From an uncultured Acidimicrobiaceae bacterium (GTDB lineage Bacteria > Actinomycetota > Acidimicrobiia > Spongiisociales > ZC4RG35): a DNA stretch of 27,906 bases. Every line of letters starts with the position of its first letter. The first letter of the stretch is position 1. Below are positions 1 through 7,186 of this stretch, in pieces. A model generated the notes under the pieces. That model ran no database searches, had not been told where the DNA came from, and worked only from the letters and a program-made list of their open reading frames with translations. A program made the position numbers and the translations under genes. The stretch is from contig CAZPIZ010000004.1 in the NCBI GenBank assembly GCA_964586615.1, forward strand, positions 1-27,906. Direction: 5' to 3'.

Positions 1-37
1 GAGACGGAGGGCGGAAGGCGCCGGTAGCCTTCGGCCC

Positions 38-196
38 ATGAAGCGGCTCCTTAGGTCGATTGCTGTGATCGGTGGCCTCGCCGGCGTGGTCTGGGCGATG
101 AGAGAGCGTCTGATTTCGATCCCGGCAGCGAGGGAACCGGAACCACCCGAGTTCCGCGTGCCCGACGGCGACGGCAAGTCGCTCGACGGCGCCTGA
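38..196 (+). CDS. Small 52-aa putative membrane-anchored protein (MKRLLRSIAVIGGLAGVVWAMRERLISIPAAREPEPPEFRVPDGDGKSLDGA)
   Basis: Translated by hand (below the ORF-track cutoff). ATG at 38 is 7 nt after TAGCCT (25-30). Basic N-terminus, hydrophobic stretch, Pro/acidic tail. Confidence 0.7.
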   Translation: MKRLLRSIAVIGGLAGVVWAMRERLISIPAAREPEPPEFRVPDGDGKSLDGA

Positions 197-221
197 CCCT
201 CCTCCGTCTACCGTCTGGTCC

Positions 222-1241
222 ATGAAGGTCGACTATTACCTGTCGCCGGGGACCCCGTTGTCATACGTTGAGGCAGAGGCGGCGAGGGCGGCGGGGCTTG
301 GCCACGATGGTTTCTTTGCCGCCGAGACCGCCCACGACCCATTCATGCCGCTGGTCCTCGCCTCGAAGACGGTTCCCGACCTCATCGTGGGAACCGCCAT
401 TGCCCTGGCCTTTCCCCGTTCTCCAATGATCACTGCCAACCTTGCCTGGGATCTCGCAGCTTTTACGGACGGAAAGTTCATTCTCGGTCTCGGCACTCAG
501 GTCAAGGCACATATCACCAGGCGCTTCTCTGGAGAGTGGTTGCCTCCCGGGCCTCGTATGCGCGACTACCTGCTCGCTTTGCGAGCGATATTCCACGCCT
601 GGCAGTCGGGTGAGCCTCTCAACTACGAAGGAGAGTTCTACCGGTTCTCCCTCATGACCCCGTTTTTCAACCCGGGGCCGATCAGGCATCCGGATGTGCC
701 CCTCGCCATCGCCGGTGTCGGGCCCTACATGTGCAAACTGGCCGGCGAGCTGTGCCAGGCCTTTCACGTGCACCCGTTTCACACCATCAAGTATCTCGAT
801 GAGGTCGTGCTGCCACAGATGTTGACCGGGGCCGAGGCCACCGGGCGCAGTCTGACCGACATCGAACGCATCACTTCCGTCTTCGTCGTAACCGGCCACG
901 ACCAGTCCGAGATCGAGCAGGCGATGGATCCGGTCCGCCAACAGATCGCGTTCTACGCCTCGACCCCCGATTACGCGGCGGTGCTCGAACTCCACGGTTG
1001 GGACATAGCCGAGAAGCTACGTGCCATGAGTCGTAGGGGAGAGTGGGGAGAGATGGCAGCAGTCATCCCCGACGAGATGGTTGCCGAAGTGGCGGTGGTG
1101 GCGCCCCTCGACGAGCTTGGACCTGCGATCAGGGCCAGGTACGGCGATCGAGTGCAGCGGATCGGCTATTACTCGCTCGACGGCGGTGCCTCGTGGTCTC
1201 CAGAGGAGTGGTCGCACGTCATAGCCAGCACCCGGGCCTGA
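222..1241 (+). CDS. LLM-class F420-dependent oxidoreductase (TIGR03617-like)
   Basis: AETAHDPF, GTAIALAFPRSP, FILGLGTQVKAHITRRF and IAFYASTPDY segments are typical of this luciferase-like subfamily. TACCGT lies 7 nt upstream of the ATG. Confidence 0.9.
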   Translation: MKVDYYLSPGTPLSYVEAEAARAAGLGHDGFFAAETAHDPFMPLVLASKTVPDLIVGTAIALAFPRSPMITANLAWDLAAFTDGKFILGLGTQVKAHITRRFSGEWLPPGPRMRDYLLALRAIFHAWQSGEPLNYEGEFYRFSLMTPFFNPGPIRHPDVPLAIAGVGPYMCKLAGELCQAFHVHPFHTIKYLDEVVLPQMLTGAEATGRSLTDIERITSVFVVTGHDQSEIEQAMDPVRQQIAFYASTPDYAAVLELHGWDIAEKLRAMSRRGEWGEMAAVIPDEMVAEVAVVAPLDELGPAIRARYGDRVQRIGYYSLDGGASWSPEEWSHVIASTRA

Positions 1242-1244
1242 TAT

Positions 1245-1904
1245 CTACCTCACCGGGTCGAAAGGGAGACGCAGATCGGGCGTCGCACCGGCGAGGTGAC
1301 CGATGTCGTTGAATCCGGCTAGTCGGACCTCGTGGTCGGAATCCCCATTCACCTCGATCGTGGTGATCGATGTGTTGCCCAGCGCCCCCAGCTTTCCCGT
1401 AAAGATGTTTCCGCCGGCCGGGAAGCCGCCAGCCCATAGCGCCAGGTTGAGTGCGGGGCCGCCGTGTGTGCATAGAACGATCACGCCGCCCGAAGCGGCA
1501 TGCTCACGGACCGCCATGACCGCCCGCTCGCGCACTGCACTCCATTGCTCTCCACCCGGGCGGAGTACGTCCTCACCAGACCGGTAGGCCTCCCACAGCT
1601 CGGGCCACCTCGCCGAGATCTCAGTTGGAAGTAGCCCACTCCATTCACCGTTGCTGATCTCGCGAAGTCGAGGGTCGTGTTTGATCGGGACACCGATTGC
1701 CTCGGCCAGGGGGGTCATTGTGTCGATTGCGCGTCGCAGGTCCGAGGAAACAATCCGATCGATCGGACCGGCTCGAAGGCGTTCGGCCAGTGCCCGGGCC
1801 TGGAGATGACCCATCTCGTCGAGGGGCACATCGGTCTGGCCGATGAAACGATGCTCGGCGTTTCCTTCGGCGTGGCCGTGTCTGACGATGAGGAACGTGG
1901 TCAT
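1245..1904 (-). CDS. Histidine phosphatase family protein (phosphoglycerate mutase-like)
   Basis: N-terminal RHG motif, SSDLRRA, LREISNGEWSG, GGE and CTHGG. The start overlaps the upstream GGT stop (TGATG). Confidence 0.92.
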   Translation of the reverse strand: MTTFLIVRHGHAEGNAEHRFIGQTDVPLDEMGHLQARALAERLRAGPIDRIVSSDLRRAIDTMTPLAEAIGVPIKHDPRLREISNGEWSGLLPTEISARWPELWEAYRSGEDVLRPGGEQWSAVRERAVMAVREHAASGGVIVLCTHGGPALNLALWAGGFPAGGNIFTGKLGALGNTSITTIEVNGDSDHEVRLAGFNDIGHLAGATPDLRLPFDPVR

Positions 1905-3484
1905 CAGGTCACGGCGGCCGTCGCCGTCGCCACTCTGGGGTCTGCCGCCGCGGTTCGCTTTCCCTCATTGTCGATCATGATTACCGACACCGGTCCCCAG
2001 CCGTGCTGGATACCGCTCCGGACCGAGACTCGATGGCCAAGCTGGTCGAGATGGTCGATTGTTTCTCGTGGGGTGTGAGCCTCGACCGCCACGACCGGGC
2101 TGGCATCATCGATCGGCTCTACCATCCAGCGCGGTCTTGCCTGGGCATCTGACAGTTCGATGCCAGCACTCAGGCAACGAAGGGCGACCTGCAACAAAAG
2201 TTGTGGCTGGTAGTCGCCACCCCGGGCGCCAAGGAGGCACGCGATCCGATCGTCCCTGGTCCAAAGCGACGGCGCCAGGGTGTGAAGCGGGCGTTTGCCA
2301 GGGGCAAGCTCGTTGGGGTGGCCAGGGCGCAGATCGAATCCGGCCCCCCGGTTGTGCAGGAAGAAGCCGGCATCTCCCGCTCCCAGGCCCGACCCGATGC
2401 CCATGAAGTTGGACTGGATGAAGGACACCGCCAAACCCTCCGCGTCGATGGCGGCCAGGTAGGCGGTGCCACCGGGCGCCGGCGAGGGCGGGACAAAGTC
2501 GCCGGCACGAGCGGGGTCGATCCTCCCAGCGCGCTCGGAGATACGGACATCCGACACCAGTGCCTCGGGCGGTTCCGGAGCAAACGCAGGATCCGCCACG
2601 AGGTCGTTGCGATCAGCCGCCATCGATCGGTAAGCCTCGATCGCAAGGTGCCAGGACTGGGGATCCTCCGGATCGTCCGGCGGGCCCAACTGTTCGAAGA
2701 CCGCGCCGGCGGCAAGGGTCAGGTATCCCTGGGAGTTGGGTGGCACCACCCATCCTGTCAGCCCAAACACCTTGGTGCCCAGCGGCTCGGTCCAATCAGC
2801 CTGGACTCGTTCGAGGTCGGCGAGGGTGATGACGCCGTCGGTTGCTTGGACGATTCCCTCGCCGACCCTGCCGAGGTAGAACCCTTCCCGTCCTCGGGCT
2901 GCGATCGTTTTCAGGGTGGACGCCAGATCCGGGCGACGCAACCGGGCGCCGACCGCAGGGGGAGCGCCATCCCGATAGAGCACCCGGGCAGCAGTCTGTC
3001 GTGCCAGCTCGTTACGGCGGGTGAGCGCTCCGACCAACTCGATCGACGCCGGAAACCCGTCCATGGCGAGTCTGATCGCCGGGGCCAGGATGGCCGGCAG
3101 GTCGCGACTGCCGTATCGGGCAAGCAGCGCCTCCCAGCCATCTATACAGCCAGGAACGGTCACTGTCTGATGGTCGAAAGGGGGCATGGTCCGGTGGCCC
3201 TGGCCCCGCAGCTTCTCGGGGTCGGCTCCTGCCCCTGCTCGTCCGGAGGCATTGAGCACGTCGGGGCGTTTCATCCCGGGCCGGTGGATGAGCGCAAAAA
3301 GATCCCCACCGATACCGCAGGTCTCGGGTGCAACCACTCCGAGCACCGCGTCGGCCGCGATGGCGGCGTCGATGGCATTTCCTCCCGAAGCGATGATTGC
3401 CATCGCGGCTTGTGTCGCCAAAACGTGCGGCGTTACAACCGCTGCCCCGTACCCGTGTAGGGCATGACTACGAATCTGGCTCAC
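1904..3484 (-). CDS. Gamma-glutamyltransferase family protein
   Basis: GGNAIDAAIA, CGIGGDLF, TVTVPG, PPNSQG, nucleophile Thr in GGTAYLAAID, HNRGAGF, PGKRPLHTL and AAADPR. Confidence 0.92.
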   Translation of the reverse strand: MSQIRSHALHGYGAAVVTPHVLATQAAMAIIASGGNAIDAAIAADAVLGVVAPETCGIGGDLFALIHRPGMKRPDVLNASGRAGAGADPEKLRGQGHRTMPPFDHQTVTVPGCIDGWEALLARYGSRDLPAILAPAIRLAMDGFPASIELVGALTRRNELARQTAARVLYRDGAPPAVGARLRRPDLASTLKTIAARGREGFYLGRVGEGIVQATDGVITLADLERVQADWTEPLGTKVFGLTGWVVPPNSQGYLTLAAGAVFEQLGPPDDPEDPQSWHLAIEAYRSMAADRNDLVADPAFAPEPPEALVSDVRISERAGRIDPARAGDFVPPSPAPGGTAYLAAIDAEGLAVSFIQSNFMGIGSGLGAGDAGFFLHNRGAGFDLRPGHPNELAPGKRPLHTLAPSLWTRDDRIACLLGARGGDYQPQLLLQVALRCLSAGIELSDAQARPRWMVEPIDDASPVVAVEAHTPRETIDHLDQLGHRVSVRSGIQHGWGPVSVIMIDNEGKRTAAADPRVATATAAVT

Positions 3485-3485
3485 C

Positions 3486-4103
3486 TCAGCGGCGAAGCTC
3501 TGGGATGTGACGATTGAGGGCGTCGAGAACCGCTCGGACCACGGCCCGGCTGCTTTCTCCGTTCACGAGGGAAGACCCGACCATGAGCCGCTCTTTCCCT
3601 TCGGTGACCATGACAACTTGGGCTATCGCCACGGGTCTCGAACCGAGGACCGGGATGTCGACGGCGGCGACCCCGATGGCCGTTGTTTCCTGGAGGGCCT
3701 GGCGCAGGGCCTCGATCGTGGCTTCGGCGACCAAGCGGTTGCGGGTCGTGTGAGCTGCTGCTCCCGCCACCTCTCCAATAAGAGTGTCGCCTTGCCAACC
3801 GAGCGTGACCACCACATTGGTGCGGTTGCCATCCACCTGTTCGGACACATCGATGATGACCGGCCGGTCGCCCTGTGCAAGATCGGGATCTGGCAATTGC
3901 ACGACCGAGACCACCCGGCGATCAATGGAGAGGCCGAACGCGGCCTGAGCCAGGCTTTGCACGTCTCGAACGGTCTGTTTGGCCGCCTTGTTGAGGCCTG
4001 TCAGGATATGAACTTCGGTGATAGTCCCGGCCTCTGTGACCACGCGGGCGGCTTCAACTCCGGGCAGCCGGCGTACCTTCTCCTCAAAGTCGCGGAGGTT
4101 CAC
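3486..4103 (-). CDS. Conserved-looking hypothetical protein (205 aa), first gene of an operon with GGT and the phosphatase
   Basis: Clean ORF. GTG start is 6 nt after TACGCT (4115-4110), and there is a 1-nt gap to the GGT start. The C-terminus AVVRAVLDALNR loosely recalls LeuA allosteric-domain helices (inference). Confidence 0.8.
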   Translation of the reverse strand: MNLRDFEEKVRRLPGVEAARVVTEAGTITEVHILTGLNKAAKQTVRDVQSLAQAAFGLSIDRRVVSVVQLPDPDLAQGDRPVIIDVSEQVDGNRTNVVVTLGWQGDTLIGEVAGAAAHTTRNRLVAEATIEALRQALQETTAIGVAAVDIPVLGSRPVAIAQVVMVTEGKERLMVGSSLVNGESSRAVVRAVLDALNRHIPELRR

Positions 4104-4131
4104 GGTCGGAGCGTAGCCGCCGCGGACGGTG

Positions 4132-4143
4132 GTGACATGTCAC
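4132..4143. promoter_or_regulatory. Perfect 12-bp palindrome GTGACATGTCAC, candidate operator between divergent promoters
   Basis: Seen directly. It overlaps the expected -35 positions for the minus-strand -10 TACGCT (4110-4115) and the plus-strand -10 TACGAT (4162-4167). Confidence 0.5.
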
Positions 4144-4251
4144 TTAAAGTGTTACGGTCTATACGATGGCGGGGCAACGAGGCCGGTATCAGGTCTTGTT
4201 GGCCCTACCCGCGGCCGGTAATCTTTACCGTTCTGTCGGGCTGAGTCATTG

Positions 4252-4349
4252 GGTTGTCGTCCGGTCGCAGGGCCGGATGGCGAGAGGGGCCTTACCTTGA
4301 CAACCAGAGTTCCCGGATCAAACCGGGAACGCGCGGGGAAAACCCGGCG
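4252..4349 (+). ncRNA. Candidate structured leader RNA upstream of the small peptide ORF (family unassigned)
   Basis: Stems: GGTTGTC(4252-4258)/GACAACC(4299-4305); GTCCGGTC-GCAG-GGCCGGAT (4259-4278); GTTCCCGG-ATCAAA-CCGGGAAC (4309-4330); CGGG-GAAAA-CCCG (4334-4346). Confidence 0.35.
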
Positions 4350-4451
4350 ACATGCCCTGAGGCCAATTGTTTAATCACCCCAGCGGAGCGGATCGGGTCC
4401 ACCTGGTTGTTAGCGGCCACGGTGAACCTAAAAACGAAACTTGGTGATCGC

Positions 4452-4541
4452 ATGAAGGGCAAGCTCGTTCGGATCGTTGCTGCTCTGGGAAGCCTGACGG
4501 CATTGATCGTTGCTGGTTCTGCCTCCCTCAAGATTGGCTGA
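4452..4541 (+). CDS. 29-aa signal-peptide-like small protein MKGKLVRIVAALGSLTALIVAGSASLKIG
   Basis: ATG at 4452 inside the track ORF 4254..4541, preceded by SD-like GGTGAT (4443-4448). Basic n-region, hydrophobic h-region, short polar tail. Lies 58 nt before the HD-GYP gene. Confidence 0.7.
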   Translation: MKGKLVRIVAALGSLTALIVAGSASLKIG

Positions 4542-4599
4542 ATGGAATGTCGCCGGTTCCCCGCCCCAAGGCGCTAGAAACTCCCAGGACTCAAATTAG

Positions 4600-5946
4600 A
4601 TGACAGGTAACGCCCGACGACGCTTCTTGCTCGCGACCGGCTATGTGCTGGCCGGCCTCAGCGTGCTCATGGCTGCTGCCGTATTCGACGGCAGATTCCC
4701 GTCGTTCTGGCGTTGGCTTTTGTTTGCCATTGCCTTTGCCGTGCTTGAGTACAACTCGGTCGAGGTCAACGATCGTCTCTTCCAGAGCTCCTCGGTGATG
4801 GTGGCCCTGACCGCTGGGATCGTGTTTGCCCTCGAAGGCAGCTCCGCGACATTGGGCCTGGCCGCGTTGGCTGCCCTCGGTCCTCTGCTTCCAGCCGATC
4901 TGCGTGAGCGTCGCTGGTTCCAGCCGATGGCCAACATGGGTCAGCTGATCGTTTCCGCCGGTGCTGCCGGGCTTGTGCTCGACCTCATGCTGAAAGACGT
5001 TGGCATCGTCACACGGGCCGATGTCGCCCGGATAGTTGCGGCTGGAATTGTTGCCTCCATCGCCTACACGGTTGTCAACTGGCAGCTCGTTCGGATCGCG
5101 GTTCGAGTGGTCTATCGGACACGCGATGTCGTTCCGTGGTCTCGGATGACGGTCGTTCTCTCCTCCCTCTTCACCATGGGAATAGTCGGTGGCTTGCTTG
5201 GAACGACAATCGTTCTGGTCGCGCCAGCTGTGACACCGCTAATACTTGTTGTGTATCTCATCGGCCATCTTTCACTTTCGTCCTACGCTCAGCTTCGCGA
5301 GGCCCACGAGGCCACGTTGCGTGGTTTTGTGAAGGCGCTCGAGGCCAAGGACCTTTATACGAGGGGCCACACGGAACGGGTGGCATATTTCGCCCAACTG
5401 GCCGGTCAGGAGCTTTCCTTTTCGGGCACCCAGTTGGAGCGCCTTCGTTGGGCGGCGCTCATACACGACGTCGGGAAGCTGGCAGTCCCCGGCGAGCTCA
5501 TCCGAAAGAAGGGGCGACTCTCGCCCGACGAGTACCTCGATATGAAGTCCCACGCCCACCTCGTGGAGGAGATACTGGCCGAGGTCGAGTTCCTCCAGCC
5601 GATGGTTGAGATCGCCTCCAGCCATCACTCGCACTACGACGGTTCCGGCTATGGGGGGCGCGGCCATCGCTCGGGTTCCCAGCCGAGCCTCGAGAGCTGC
5701 ATTCTGGCGGTGGCCGATGCCTTTGACGCCATGACCTCGACCCGCAGCTACCGCATGGCCCTCACCCAGGAGTTTGCGATCGAGGAGCTCCGCCAGCACG
5801 CCGGCACCCAGTTCCACCCCGATGTAATCGATGCCCTCGAGCGGGGCTTGCAGAAGGTGGGGGAGACGTATGGATCACATGACGTAGATGACGAGGAACT
5901 TGCCCGGCGCCTGGCCGAACAACAGGTGGTCGATGAGACCGTCTGA
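4600..5946 (+). CDS. Membrane-anchored HD-GYP domain cyclic-dinucleotide phosphodiesterase (motifs largely intact)
   Basis: About 230-aa multi-TM N-terminus, then EAKD, H257, H289-D290-x2-K293, H318, HH342-343, DGSGYG (GYP variant), D373 and TSTRSYR. Confidence 0.88.
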   Translation: MTGNARRRFLLATGYVLAGLSVLMAAAVFDGRFPSFWRWLLFAIAFAVLEYNSVEVNDRLFQSSSVMVALTAGIVFALEGSSATLGLAALAALGPLLPADLRERRWFQPMANMGQLIVSAGAAGLVLDLMLKDVGIVTRADVARIVAAGIVASIAYTVVNWQLVRIAVRVVYRTRDVVPWSRMTVVLSSLFTMGIVGGLLGTTIVLVAPAVTPLILVVYLIGHLSLSSYAQLREAHEATLRGFVKALEAKDLYTRGHTERVAYFAQLAGQELSFSGTQLERLRWAALIHDVGKLAVPGELIRKKGRLSPDEYLDMKSHAHLVEEILAEVEFLQPMVEIASSHHSHYDGSGYGGRGHRSGSQPSLESCILAVADAFDAMTSTRSYRMALTQEFAIEELRQHAGTQFHPDVIDALERGLQKVGETYGSHDVDDEELARRLAEQQVVDETV

Positions 5947-7183
5947 AGCCACTCCGGAGTCGGTCTGGCAGCGACTGGCGCCACCGATCCTTGGGGCCAC
6001 CATGGCGGCGCTGGCACTCTCCTATACCTCCTCGCCGCTGGTTTACATCGTCCTCGGGATCCTCAGTCTGGCGGCCGGAGCGCAGCTTGGAGTGCCTTCC
6101 ACCAATGGTCGCCGGTTCGGGTTGCCAGTGGCGATTGGTGTTGCTGCTCCGATCTTCCTGGTCGAGGGCAATCAAGTCGACCTGCCCTCGGTGTTGGTGG
6201 TCTATGGCGCCGGTATGGCAATCGGAGGTTTGATCTTCTCGATTCGGCCCACCTCGAAGGCCGACTCGTCGGTGCTTCGATCGCTGATCGGGATGACTAC
6301 CTACGCACTTGTCTTCAATCTGCTGCTCCGATCGGAGGCGGTGGAATCCATTGAGCAGGGTTGGCGGGTTCTTGTCCCCTTGGTGATCGCAGCCACGATC
6401 TGGCTCCTGGTCGACACGTTGATCTGGGTGTTCATCGAGGCTGGTGGCGACTTCCGAGTGCACACTCTCGTCTCGGGCCTTTCCGGCGATCTCAACGTCT
6501 TCGTCAGCCTGGTGGCTTCGGGTGCCCTTTTCGGCTTGAGCTACAAGACGCTCGGCCTGCTGGCGTTGGGGGTGGCCGGGCTGCCATTCATCTTTGCTCA
6601 TTCGGCCTTTGCCCGTTTTCAGCAGATCAAGCGCACCTACCGCCAAACGATCAGGGCCCTGGCCCGGATCCCGGAGGTTGCGGGTTTAGGGGTGGAGGGC
6701 CACGCCGATCGCACCGCCAATCTTGCTTTGGCGGTCGGCCGGGAGATGGGGTTGACCCGCTCCGACATCGATGAACTCGAGTACGCCGCCCTGATGCACG
6801 ACATCGGACGGATCACATTGACCGAACCCGGCATCATCAGGGTCGGATACACCGACGACGACATCGCTCGCTGGGGCGCCGAGATCATCTCTCAGGCTCC
6901 TTACCTGGAACGCATCGCCGATCACGTTCGCCGTCTACACGAGCCGTACCGCAAACCGGGCGAGCAAACCGACCCGACCATCTCGACGATTTCGAAAATC
7001 GTTCGGGCTACCAGTGCGTACGACCATCTGGTGGTGGAGCGTGAGCTTTCAGCCCTACAGGCAATCGAGGTCCTCCATCAGGGTGCTGCCTACGACTTTG
7101 ATCCCTACGTCGTGGCGTCAATGCGAAGGGTGCTTGATCGGCGGATGGCGTTTCATCCAACATCGGCCAAGACCCGTTCCTGA
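5933..7183 (+). CDS. Membrane-anchored degenerate HD-GYP/HD domain protein
   Basis: Likely ATG at 5933 (after AGGTGG, overlapping the upstream stop) rather than 5888. Multi-TM N-terminus. Keeps GH..R, HDIG and FDP but lacks HHE..DGxGYP, and the last metal Asp is replaced (TSAYD). Confidence 0.82.
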   Translation: MRPSEATPESVWQRLAPPILGATMAALALSYTSSPLVYIVLGILSLAAGAQLGVPSTNGRRFGLPVAIGVAAPIFLVEGNQVDLPSVLVVYGAGMAIGGLIFSIRPTSKADSSVLRSLIGMTTYALVFNLLLRSEAVESIEQGWRVLVPLVIAATIWLLVDTLIWVFIEAGGDFRVHTLVSGLSGDLNVFVSLVASGALFGLSYKTLGLLALGVAGLPFIFAHSAFARFQQIKRTYRQTIRALARIPEVAGLGVEGHADRTANLALAVGREMGLTRSDIDELEYAALMHDIGRITLTEPGIIRVGYTDDDIARWGAEIISQAPYLERIADHVRRLHEPYRKPGEQTDPTISTISKIVRATSAYDHLVVERELSALQAIEVLHQGAAYDFDPYVVASMRRVLDRRMAFHPTSAKTRS

Positions 7184-7186
7184 GGT

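Noticed and set aside
4131-4170. CRP/GlxR site, BldD box or sigma28/WhiG promoter
   Set aside because: The GTGA-N4-TCAC spacing does not fit CRP (N6). The match to the refined BldD box is poor. TAAAGTGT...CGAT spacing is 2 nt short for sigma28.
4297-4302. Perfect TTGACA -35 hexamer
   Set aside because: No TANNNT at 16-19 nt spacing; the bases are better explained as part of the GGTTGTC/GACAACC stem.
4318-4356. c-di-GMP-I (GEMM) riboswitch call
   Set aside because: Only a partial echo. The GGCAAA and GACGCAAAGC cores and a P3 stem are not present, so it is left as an unassigned structured leader pending cmsearch.
4254-4451. 95-aa version of the peptide ORF given by the ORF track
   Set aside because: The upstream part runs through the hairpin-rich region and is not protein-like. 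The ATG at 4452 has an SD-like site and yields a coherent signal-peptide-like product.
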